Assembly (NCBI GenBank): GCA_030689875.1
Contig: JAUYHR010000004.1
Location: 1-15,076, forward strand
Length of the DNA: 15,076 nt
Origin: Nanobdellota archaeon
Lineage (GTDB): Archaea > Nanobdellota > Nanobdellia > Pacearchaeales > GW2011-AR1
Direction: 5' to 3'
Positions 1-6,953 of this stretch are shown in pieces. The translations under genes and the position numbers were made by a program. Position 1 is the first letter of the stretch; every line of letters begins with the position of its first letter. The notes under the pieces are model-generated. The model was not told where the DNA came from and did no database searches. It was given only the letters and a program-made list of their open reading frames with translations.

Positions 1-260
1 GCAGCGTCGCAGATTTTGCCCATCAACCTAATGTCGTGGTCATACAAAATTGTGTTTAAAGTTAAATAAGTTTTAACTTCTGCTTTATTGCATCTCTTGG
101 TAATTTTTTTTAAATCATCTAAACTGAAATTATTTGACGCTCTTGCTCTCATATTTAATTGCTCAATCCCGAAATAAACAGAATCTGCCCCGGCCTTTAT
201 CGCCGCTTCCAAACTTTCATAAGATCCTGCAGGAGCCATGATTTCTACTTTTTTATTCAT
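1..260 (-). CDS. Peptidase U32 family protein (collagenase-like / RlhA-TrhP-type). Only the N-terminal part is present and the gene continues past the left edge of the window.
   Basis: My minus-strand translation from the ATG at 260 gives MNKKVEIMAPAGSYESLEAAIKAGADSVYFGIEQLNMRARASNNFSLDDLKKITKRCNKAEVKTYLTLNTILYDHDIRLMGKICDA. The MAPAG..e.l.aAi.aGADaVYfG opening is the characteristic U32 N-terminus. The frame stays open to the window edge. An in-frame alternative ATG lies at 239. This ORF is not in the supplied track because it is partial. Confidence 0.75.
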   Translation of the reverse strand, partial: MNKKVEIMAPAGSYESLEAAIKAGADSVYFGIEQLNMRARASNNFSLDDLKKITKRCNKAEVKTYLTLNTILYDHDIRLMGKICDA

Positions 261-333
261 AGAAAAAATAAAGTTTTGATATTTTTAAGGATATGCAGAG
301 CTGAAAAATTCACCACCGCTTTCTAATGCTAAA

Positions 334-346
334 GATATTTAATAGC
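334..346 (+). promoter_or_regulatory. Putative archaeal TATA box for the 365..655 gene (leaderless-type spacing)
   Basis: GATATTTAATAGC is centred about 25 nt upstream of the ATG at 365. Related GATATTT(T)AA elements occur at 279-291 (about 25 nt from the divergent U32 start) and at 7534-7544 on the minus strand. Confidence 0.35.
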
Positions 347-364
347 CAGTTTATTAAAAGATAA

Positions 365-655
365 ATGAAAAATTTAAGCATCTGGATAATAACTTTAATT
401 GCAGTAATTGTTCTTTTAGTCGGAATATTTTCTTATGGAATTCTTGGAGCAGTCGTGAATGCTGCTGCGTTTATTATTTCTCTGACAATAATTCTTTTAA
501 TTTTGATTTTAGTTATTATTTTTTCCCAGCAAGACAATAGAAAAAAAATTCCGCGTTTTGAGCCAAGAGTAGAAATAATGGAAAATGACGCTCCTGAAAA
601 AAAATTGAAAACTTCAAAAAAGAGGATAGTTGAAAAAGTTTCTAAGAAAAAATAA
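365..655 (+). CDS. Small membrane protein with two hydrophobic helices and a Lys-rich tail (hypothetical)
   Basis: 96-aa ORF with an ATG start and a TATA-like box at -25. The N-terminal ~55 aa are hydrophobic (IWIITLIAVIVLLVGIF..., AAFIISLTIILLILILVIIF) and the C-terminus is basic. I recognise no family. Confidence 0.5.
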   Translation: MKNLSIWIITLIAVIVLLVGIFSYGILGAVVNAAAFIISLTIILLILILVIIFSQQDNRKKIPRFEPRVEIMENDAPEKKLKTSKKRIVEKVSKKK

Positions 656-665
656 ATTTTTTAAT

Positions 666-827
666 TTATATCTGCCCTGTTTGAGTAAATTTCTTCATTG
701 CCTGTTCAAGAATTACTTGGGGGGCAAGACCTTTTCTGCTGCAGATTTTAACAAACTCATCATACACTTTTCTATCTATAGTATAATCTAATTTTGCTTT
801 TTGAGCTCCAGGAGGATATGATGCCAT
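666..827 (-). CDS. 53-aa ribbon-helix-helix (CopG/Arc/MetJ-like) protein. It is an orphan antitoxin-like or regulator sORF below the ORF-track size cutoff.
   Basis: My minus-strand translation runs from ATG (827-825) to TAA (668-666): MASYPPGAQKAKLDYTIDRKVYDEFVKICSRKGLAPQVILEQAMKKFTQTGQI. The pattern of a beta strand (LDYTIDRKVY), helix, G-turn and helix is RHH-like. Confidence 0.5.
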   Translation of the reverse strand: MASYPPGAQKAKLDYTIDRKVYDEFVKICSRKGLAPQVILEQAMKKFTQTGQI

Positions 828-873
828 ATTTTATTTAAATAAATTAAGTATATAAATATTCGGTTTGAAAACA

Positions 874-944
874 TGGGCGCGGAGGGAATCGAACCCCCTT
901 CTTCTGCTCTGGAGGCAGACATAATACCAGTATACTACGCACCC
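874..944 (-). tRNA. trnW: tRNA-Trp (anticodon CCA), intronless, with the 3' CCA not encoded
   Basis: The reverse complement is GGGTGCGTAGTATACTGGTATTATGTCTGCCTCCAGAGCAGAAGAAGGGGGTTCGATTCCCTCCGCGCCCA. The 7-bp acceptor stem pairs GGGTGCG with CGCGCCC, including one G-U. The anticodon stem is TCTGC/GCAGA with loop CT-CCA-GA. The T arm is GGGGG-TTCGATT-CCCTC, the D loop contains GG, and the discriminator is A. The gene forms a local GC-rich island in AT-rich DNA. Confidence 0.9.
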
Positions 945-1041
945 TTAATAAGAACAAGAAAAATCTCTTTTTATTTTTATCTAATTCCTTTTATCTCCTC
1001 CACAAAATCCTAAAATAATTTTGGAGCATAAAATTAAAAGA

Positions 1042-1725
1042 TTATTTTATTTTTTTAATTTCCTCAATTTCATCAAAAGAAATAGCGCATCCTTTAAATT
1101 TCAGAGCATAAAGCAAAGCATCCAAAACTTCTTTGCCTTTCAAATTTATCAGCCCTTTTTTATAAGCCACATACATTAATTCTGCCGAGCGGATTATTTT
1201 AAAATCTTTAAATTGTTGAAAATTGCCCTTTCTTAATTTTATATTCGTGTGCAATTTTTTTTCTAAAAGTTCCTTTAAATTTTCCGGCTTTTCAACTAAC
1301 ATTCTTAATGTTCTTTCGTCAATCACTAAAACATTTTTAATTTTTTTATCATTCAGGAGTTTGCTTAATGCAAGGCAGGAAGTTTCGCCCTTCTGAATTA
1401 ATTGAATTTCATTTCCATTTCCAATAAACATTGTATTTGCGAGATTCATTAATTTAAACATTAAATTTGTTATTTCTTTATCCTGAATTCCAATCTTATC
1501 GGGCATATTTAAACAGCCTTCATCAATTAAATTCTGAATTTTCAAAGCTTCAAGTTCATACATTTTCATTTTTATCGGCTCATCTATAACTTCTCTTTTA
1601 ACTTCTTTTGTTATGATAAATTCCCCGTTAAAAATTTTTTTTAATTTTTTTAATTCTTCAAGCAAGCCATTCAGAGATAAACTTATTAAACTGCTTGAAT
1701 CAAAGATGAGGACTTTCTGCATCAT
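1042..1725 (-). CDS. PIN-like nuclease domain protein (COG2405/DUF3368-like, enlarged); putative toxin partner of the upstream HTH protein
   Basis: 227 aa. An N-terminal acidic strand (VLIFDSSSLISL) is followed by ITKEVKREV. The segment GETSCLALSKLL...VLVIDERTLRML...AELMYVAYKKGLI resembles the DUF3368 consensus GEaeaiaLA...lliDd..aR...A.kkGli, but with an insertion of about 35 aa. Its ATG overlaps the upstream gene's stop (ATGA at 1722-1725). Confidence 0.6.
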   Translation of the reverse strand: MMQKVLIFDSSSLISLSLNGLLEELKKLKKIFNGEFIITKEVKREVIDEPIKMKMYELEALKIQNLIDEGCLNMPDKIGIQDKEITNLMFKLMNLANTMFIGNGNEIQLIQKGETSCLALSKLLNDKKIKNVLVIDERTLRMLVEKPENLKELLEKKLHTNIKLRKGNFQQFKDFKIIRSAELMYVAYKKGLINLKGKEVLDALLYALKFKGCAISFDEIEEIKKIK

Positions 1726-2294
1726 CCAAAAATCTCCTCTGCAAGTTTAATTCTTGATTTTGCGTCAAGGGTTTTGCTTTCTGGAACATCTGATATTCCA
1801 GTCTTCCCAGCATAATCTGCAAGTTCAAACATTGTAATGTCAAGGAGTTTCGCAGTTTGCTCCATTGAAATTCCGTGTTCGTAAATTCTAGAAGCTTTGT
1901 TTATTTTGGCTTTTCTAAAAACTTCCTGAATATATTCTTTTAATTTTCCGGAAATTTTTTTAATGCACAATCTAATATTTTCAAAATCCTTTCTAAATTC
2001 TTTTAAATCATTTTTTTCAAGGTCTTCTATTGAGCATTCAAGAGAGGAAATTATTGTTTTGCTGAGCTTTTTCCAGTCAGAATAATTTCTGTAATGTTCT
2101 CTCTCAAAAATTTTATCTAATGAATAAACTGCTACTGCGACATTAATATTGTCCGGATCTTGCGTCAAAGAAGCGACATTAATTGTTTGATTGCTTAAAT
2201 TTTTAATTTCTGAATAATTTCCAGCTTCAATCGCTTTTTTTGTCTCTCCAAGAATTCTAAGGATGTTATCTATTTCTTTCATTTGGATTTCCAC
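1722..2294 (-). CDS. Helical N-terminal domain plus a C-terminal UPF0175/HTH-like domain protein; putative antitoxin or regulator
   Basis: The C-terminal segment ASRIYEHGISMEQTAKLLDITMFELADYAGKTGISDVPE resembles the UPF0175 (COG2886) motif (..lye.g.iSlgkAAelagm...eF...l...gi). The ~130-aa N-terminal helical extension has no family I recognise. The track start at 2294 is GTG. The ATG at 2282 (MKEIDNILR...) is more likely, because a TATA-like element (2301-2311, minus strand) lies about 25 nt upstream of it. Confidence 0.5.
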   Translation of the reverse strand: MEIQMKEIDNILRILGETKKAIEAGNYSEIKNLSNQTINVASLTQDPDNINVAVAVYSLDKIFEREHYRNYSDWKKLSKTIISSLECSIEDLEKNDLKEFRKDFENIRLCIKKISGKLKEYIQEVFRKAKINKASRIYEHGISMEQTAKLLDITMFELADYAGKTGISDVPESKTLDAKSRIKLAEEIFG

Positions 2295-2362
2295 CCCAAT
2301 TTATTTGAAAGACGAATGAATACAAATTTCCTATTTGCTTTCATGGGGAATAATGGGAAAAA

Positions 2363-2375
2363 GATTATTTAAAGC
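2363..2375 (+). promoter_or_regulatory. Putative TATA box for the Fcf1-like PIN gene
   Basis: GATTATTTAAAGC is centred about 26 nt upstream of the ATG at 2395. I see no Shine-Dalgarno-like purine tract between it and the ATG. Confidence 0.35.
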
Positions 2376-2394
2376 TTAATATTTTTATATAAAT

Positions 2395-2733
2395 ATGAAA
2401 TTCGCGCTATTAGACACAAATTTTATTTTAACCTGCATAAAGCAAAAAATTGATTTTTTTGAAGAACTTTATTTGCAAGGTTATCAGATTATAATTCCCG
2501 ATGGAGTTATAGATGAGCTTAAAAAATTAAAACAAACTTCAGCCCTTAAACTTTTAGAAAAAAGCAATTTCAAAAAAATTACTTTAACGGGAAAAAACGT
2601 TGATAATGCAATAATTAACTATGCAAATAGAAACCCGGAGATTTTTGTTGCAACACTTGACAGAGAATTGCAGAAAAAATTTAAAAATCAAAAAATAATT
2701 ATTCGGGGAAAGAAAAAGCTGGAGATTATTTAA
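2395..2733 (+). CDS. Small PIN-domain protein of the Fcf1/Utp24-like type (COG1412-like)
   Basis: 112 aa. The four acidic PIN positions occur in the expected order: LLDTNFIL, IIIPDGVIDELKKL, NVDNAIINYA and FVATLDRELQKKF..IIIRGKK. The last matches the Fcf1-type vaTqD.eLr.rlr...gvPvi motif. Confidence 0.65.
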   Translation: MKFALLDTNFILTCIKQKIDFFEELYLQGYQIIIPDGVIDELKKLKQTSALKLLEKSNFKKITLTGKNVDNAIINYANRNPEIFVATLDRELQKKFKNQKIIIRGKKKLEII

Positions 2734-2779
2734 CACTCCATTAAGCAATCTTTTTAACCCCTTTTCTCCTTCATAATTA

Positions 2780-5161
2780 ATGCAATTAAAGGATATTAAA
2801 AATTGGAATTCAGAAATTGAAAAATCAATTATAGAAAAATGGAAAAATTGCGAAATGTTTAAGTTTGACCAAAAATCTAAGAAAAAAATTTATTCAATTG
2901 ACACCCCGCCGCCGTATGTAAATGCGCCCGTTCATATTGGTCAGGCAATAACTTATTGCTATATGGATTTTTTTGCAAGATATAAAAGAATGAAAGGTTT
3001 TCAGGTTTTATTTCCTCTGGGCTTGGACAGAAACGGACTTCCAATTGAAATGGCTGCTGAAAAAAAATTTAATATTTCTCCGTTCAGAGAGGGAAGAGAT
3101 AAATTTATTGATGCGTGTAAAAAACTTTTGGAAGAAACATCCACAGAAACTGCAGACAGCTTTGCAAAATTAGGAATTTCTTTTACTTCATACAAAGAAG
3201 GAAACCACGTCGGCGCAGTTTACAAAACAGATTCTCCGGAATACAGAGCAATAACTCAGGCAACTTTTATTGAACTTTTTAAAAGAGGATTAATTTACGA
3301 AGATTCAAGAATAAATAATTGGGATCCAAAATTGCAGACGACAATTTCTGATTCTGAAATTGAATATAAAGATCTTCCCAGCGATTTTAATTATGTAAAA
3401 TGGAAAGTAAAAGAAACTGGACAGGAAATTGTTATCGCTACAACGCGCCCAGAATTAATCTGCGCTTGTGGAATGGTTATTTTTAATTCTAAAGATGGGC
3501 GTTATAAAGAATTAGATGGTAAAACTGCAATATCTCCAATTTTTGGAAAAGAAATTAAGATTAAATCAAATTCCTTGGCCGACCCTGAAAAAGGAACCGG
3601 AATTGTCATGATGTGTTCTGCTGGAGACCTTACAGATATTCAATTTTTTAGAGAGCAGAATTTAACTCCAAAAATTGCAATTGAAAAAGACGGAAAAATG
3701 AATTCTATTGCCGGACCTTTGCAGGGGTTGAAAGTCAGAGAAGCGCGCCAGAAAATTATTGAAATGCTTAAAGAAAAAAATTTATTAGAAAAGCAGGAGC
3801 AGATAATTCACAGAACTCCTGTTTCAGAAAGAAGCAACGCTGAAATTGAATTTATTCAGATGCCTGAATATTATTTAAAACAGCTGGAATTTAAACAAGA
3901 GATTAAAAAAATTTCAGATAAAATTAATTTTTTTCCAAAAGAATCAAAAAAAATTCTCTTTGACTGGATTGATTCAATTTCAATTGACTGGCCAATTTCA
4001 CGACGAAGATTTTATGCCACGCCAATTCCCTTATGGAGTTTCGCGCAAGGAAAAGAAAAATATTGCGCATTAGGAAAATCAGGAAAATACTATGAACCTT
4101 GGAAACAATCTCCTGAAAAAGATTTTGAAGTTTATAAAAATGAAAAGAAGATTGGTTTAGTAAAAGATTTTAATTTTAAATGGAAAGGCGAAGAAAGAGT
4201 TTTTGACACTTGGATGGACTCTTCTATTTCTGAATTAATAATTTTAAAATACAAAAAAGACGATGAATTTTTCAAAAAATCCTATCCCTGCTCATTAAGA
4301 CCCCAAGGAAAAGAAATTATTAGGACTTGGCTTTATTACACTTTATTGCGGGGATATTTAGAAACAAAAAAGCCGTGTTTTAAGGAGGTATGGATTAACC
4401 AGCATATTGTTGATTCTAAAGGATATAAAATGTCAAAATCAAAAGGAAATATAATTGACCCTCAAAAACTTTTAAAAAATTACGGCGCAGAAGCAATTAG
4501 ATTTTGGTCTGCAATAGAGGGAGATTTGTCAAGAAATGATTTAAAATGTTCCGAGGAAAGAATTTCAGCTGAATTAAAAACTTTGAACAAACTTTTGAAT
4601 GTCTCAAGATTTACAATGCTTTTTGAAAAACAAAAATCAAAACCAAAACTGGAAAAATTAGATGAATTATTTGTAAATGAAATTGATTCGCTGACTAATT
4701 TTTGCGACGAATCTTATGGTAATTATGATTTTTATCGTCCTGCTCAAAGTTTAAGGAAATTTTTATGGGAAATTTTTGCCTCGCATTATCTTGAAATGAT
4801 TAAAGCAAGAGCTTATAATCAGGAAAAAAAATTTTCAAAACAAGAAAACGATTCTGCTAAATGGACTTTGCATTACATTCTTGAAAGAATTTTATTTTTG
4901 CTTTATCCGATTATTCCGCAGATTACAACGACCATTGCAAAAGAAAAAGGGATTGATTTATTGTCTGCTGAATTTCCAAAAGTTTCTAAATTTAAATCTA
5001 AAAAAGAGTTAATTGAAAAATTAATGGATTTTAATTCAGATGTCTGGAAAAAGAAAAAAGATTCCGGAAAAAGTTTGGCAAATGAAATTTCTGGAATAAA
5101 AATTCCAAAGTATTTAAAAGATTTTGAAAAGGATTTAAAAGCTTGTCATAATTTGAATTAA
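2780..5161 (+). CDS. valS: Valyl-tRNA synthetase (class Ia aaRS with CP1 editing domain)
   Basis: 793 aa. Motifs seen are IDTPPPYVNAPVHIGQ (PPP plus a HIGH-type signature, here HIGQ), ATTRPEL and GTGIVMMCSAGDLTD (archaeal ValRS editing-domain motifs), DWPISRRRFYATPIPLW, and a canonical KMSKS (YKMSKSKGN). Size and the PPP motif favour Val over Leu or Ile. Confidence 0.85.
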   Translation: MQLKDIKNWNSEIEKSIIEKWKNCEMFKFDQKSKKKIYSIDTPPPYVNAPVHIGQAITYCYMDFFARYKRMKGFQVLFPLGLDRNGLPIEMAAEKKFNISPFREGRDKFIDACKKLLEETSTETADSFAKLGISFTSYKEGNHVGAVYKTDSPEYRAITQATFIELFKRGLIYEDSRINNWDPKLQTTISDSEIEYKDLPSDFNYVKWKVKETGQEIVIATTRPELICACGMVIFNSKDGRYKELDGKTAISPIFGKEIKIKSNSLADPEKGTGIVMMCSAGDLTDIQFFREQNLTPKIAIEKDGKMNSIAGPLQGLKVREARQKIIEMLKEKNLLEKQEQIIHRTPVSERSNAEIEFIQMPEYYLKQLEFKQEIKKISDKINFFPKESKKILFDWIDSISIDWPISRRRFYATPIPLWSFAQGKEKYCALGKSGKYYEPWKQSPEKDFEVYKNEKKIGLVKDFNFKWKGEERVFDTWMDSSISELIILKYKKDDEFFKKSYPCSLRPQGKEIIRTWLYYTLLRGYLETKKPCFKEVWINQHIVDSKGYKMSKSKGNIIDPQKLLKNYGAEAIRFWSAIEGDLSRNDLKCSEERISAELKTLNKLLNVSRFTMLFEKQKSKPKLEKLDELFVNEIDSLTNFCDESYGNYDFYRPAQSLRKFLWEIFASHYLEMIKARAYNQEKKFSKQENDSAKWTLHYILERILFLLYPIIPQITTTIAKEKGIDLLSAEFPKVSKFKSKKELIEKLMDFNSDVWKKKKDSGKSLANEISGIKIPKYLKDFEKDLKACHNLN

Positions 5162-5162
5162 T

Positions 5163-6248
5163 ATGAAATTATCTAAAGACGAACTTCAAGAAGTTGTTGA
5201 AGAATTGGAAAGCTATCGCGGGAGACAAACAGAATTAATAACAGTTTATATTTCTGCAGGATATGAAGCAGTTTCAGTTCAAAAACAACTTGAAGCAGAA
5301 CAATCTACTGCAAAAAATATTAAATCAACTTCAACAAGAAAAAATGTTACAGAAGCTTTGGAAAAAATTGTCAGACATTTAAAAGAATTTAAAAGAACTC
5401 CTGAAAATGGCTTGGCTGTCTTTTGCGGAAATATTTCTAAAGTTGAAGGACAGGATGATTTGAGATTGTGGAGCATTGAACCGATAATGCCGTTGAAAGT
5501 TCGGCTTTACAGATGCGATAAAGAATTTGTTCTTGAACCTCTTAAGGAGCAATTAGCAGTTACAGAAATTTATGGATTATTAGTTATGGACAGAAAAGAG
5601 GCAACTATTGGAGTTCTCGAGGGAAAAAGAATAGAAATTATTCAGAAGATGACTTCCGGAGTTCCGTCAAAAGTTAGAGCTGGGGGACAAAGTTCTCAGC
5701 GATTTCACCGAATTACAGAAGGATTGACAAAAGAATTTTATAGAAGAATTGCAGATGCAATGAAAGAAACATTTTATGATAATCCTAAATTAAAAGGTAT
5801 TTTAATAGGCGGTCCAATTCCTACAAAAGATGAATTCGTAGACGGAGAATATCTAGTGACACAACTTCAGGCGAAAATTCTTGGCAAAATTGATGTTGGA
5901 GGAAGCGACGAATCCGGAATAAAAGAACTTGTTTCAAAATCTCAAAATCTCTTAGCAAAACAGGAAATAATTCGTGAGAAAAAAATTTTAGAAAAGTTTT
6001 TTGAAACTTTAGGAAAAAATCCCGATATGGCTGTTTACAAAGAAGAACCTCTTAGAAAAGCGCTGCAATATGGGGCAGTTGATACTTTATTTTTGTCTAA
6101 AGAATTAGATAAATCTTTGTTAATTGAATTAAAAAAAATTGCACAAGGCATAGATTCAAAAATAGAAATAATTTCAACAGAAACAGAAGAAGGAAAACAA
6201 TTTTTTAATTTATCTGGAATTGGCGCTATTTTGAGATTTAGAATATAA
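5163..6248 (+). CDS. prf1: Peptide chain release factor aRF1
   Basis: 361 aa. It carries the NIKS motif (TAKNIKSTS), YxCxxxF (LYRCDKEF) and GGQ (RAGGQSSQRF). Its start lies 1 nt after the valS stop (TAA-A-ATG), so the two genes are probably co-transcribed. It is compact compared with many ~410-aa aRF1 proteins. Confidence 0.95.
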   Translation: MKLSKDELQEVVEELESYRGRQTELITVYISAGYEAVSVQKQLEAEQSTAKNIKSTSTRKNVTEALEKIVRHLKEFKRTPENGLAVFCGNISKVEGQDDLRLWSIEPIMPLKVRLYRCDKEFVLEPLKEQLAVTEIYGLLVMDRKEATIGVLEGKRIEIIQKMTSGVPSKVRAGGQSSQRFHRITEGLTKEFYRRIADAMKETFYDNPKLKGILIGGPIPTKDEFVDGEYLVTQLQAKILGKIDVGGSDESGIKELVSKSQNLLAKQEIIREKKILEKFFETLGKNPDMAVYKEEPLRKALQYGAVDTLFLSKELDKSLLIELKKIAQGIDSKIEIISTETEEGKQFFNLSGIGAILRFRI

Positions 6249-6289
6249 TTATAATATTTAAAGTTATTTATGAATTCCTCAATTTAAAA

Positions 6290-6871
6290 TTATCTGGCTT
6301 GTATTTTCAACCCGGCGCTCAACATCTTGCCGCTAATGTCTATTTTTTCTTTATGTCCTTTTATTCCCGATTCGTTTAGTTTTACTTCTAAAAAAATTTT
6401 TGTTTTTGGACTTAATGAACTTTCAATTCCCCCGCCATAATTAAATCCAATCGCAGTGCCATCTTTGATAGCTCCATCTTCTATTTTTGTTGGATTTTCT
6501 GATATTTTTGTATAATTTGCCCCGAAACTTCCATACACTGAAGTTTTTTTATTGTTAGATATTAAAAAATAATTATTTAATCCGAATTTGAAAGAAAATT
6601 TTATTAATCCGTAATTTTGATCAGTTGCTTCGGACTTTTGACTTCCATACTCAAGACCAAAATTTAAGCCAGTATTTTTTGTTAGAAAGGTTTCATTTTC
6701 TAAGCTAAATTGTGTTAATTTACCAAGCCAATTTTCATAAAAAATATACTGCCCAATTTCAATCTTTAAAAAATATTTTTTATTCAATGAATCTGGTTCT
6801 TGAGCTTTGATATTTTGAGAAAAAGCCAAAGGAATTATTAGTGCTGCAATTTTTGACCAAAGATTTTTCAT
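6290..6871 (-). CDS. Secreted beta-strand-rich protein resembling the bacterial outer-membrane beta-barrel (OMP_b-brl/OmpA-OmpW-like porin family) fold
   Basis: 193 aa. The signal-peptide-like N-terminus MKNLWSKIAALIIPLAFSQNIKA|QEP is followed by about 8 amphipathic alternating strands separated by short G/N/S/K turns: YFLKIEIGQYIFY, TGLNFGLEYGS, YGLIKFSFKFGL, SVYGSFGANYTKI, TAIGFNYGGGIESSLS, KIFLEVKLN and MLSAGLKIQ. There is no terminal aromatic residue. A TATA-like element at 6893-6902 lies about 26 nt upstream of the ATG. Confidence 0.5.
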   Translation of the reverse strand: MKNLWSKIAALIIPLAFSQNIKAQEPDSLNKKYFLKIEIGQYIFYENWLGKLTQFSLENETFLTKNTGLNFGLEYGSQKSEATDQNYGLIKFSFKFGLNNYFLISNNKKTSVYGSFGANYTKISENPTKIEDGAIKDGTAIGFNYGGGIESSLSPKTKIFLEVKLNESGIKGHKEKIDISGKMLSAGLKIQAR

Positions 6872-6953
6872 ATATCTTGATTTAGATTGCCTTTTTTAAA
6901 GATTGTTATTATTTCAGCATCTCCGATAATTATAAATTTTTAGAAATTTCAAT

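Noticed and set aside
998-1026. Imperfect hairpin CTCCA(C)AAAAT...ATTTTGGAG downstream of the PIN-like gene, in the tRNA-Trp upstream region
   Set aside because: It is a roughly 9-bp AT-rich stem with a bulge and a 9-nt loop. It could be a weak terminator but cannot be distinguished from chance in this composition, so I did not call it as a feature.
656-2294. Possible integrated element at tRNA-Trp, since RHH and TA-like genes flank the tRNA
   Set aside because: There is no integrase or recombinase. By eye, no direct repeat of the tRNA 3' half occurs elsewhere in the window; the best match is an 8-nt GAGGGAAT near 13370, inside radB. There is no compositional shift.
3001-3195. 64-aa minus-strand ORF inside valS. 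The same applies to 5279..5476 (-) inside aRF1, 8458..8661 (-) inside scpB, and 8944..9126 (-) and 9406..9618 (+) inside the GT2 gene.
   Set aside because: All are fully embedded in longer ORFs that have strong family motifs. Their translations are low-complexity (Leu/Phe/Ser/Lys-rich), as expected from antisense or off-frame reading of AT-rich coding DNA. None has promoter-like context of its own.
5163-6248. Possibility of stop-codon reassignment, given the compact 361-aa aRF1
   Set aside because: The NIKS, YxCxxxF and GGQ motifs are canonical. TAA, TAG (scpB) and TGA (RHH antitoxin and the 190-aa HTH gene) all terminate well-supported ORFs at the expected lengths. Some archaeal aRF1 proteins are of similar size.
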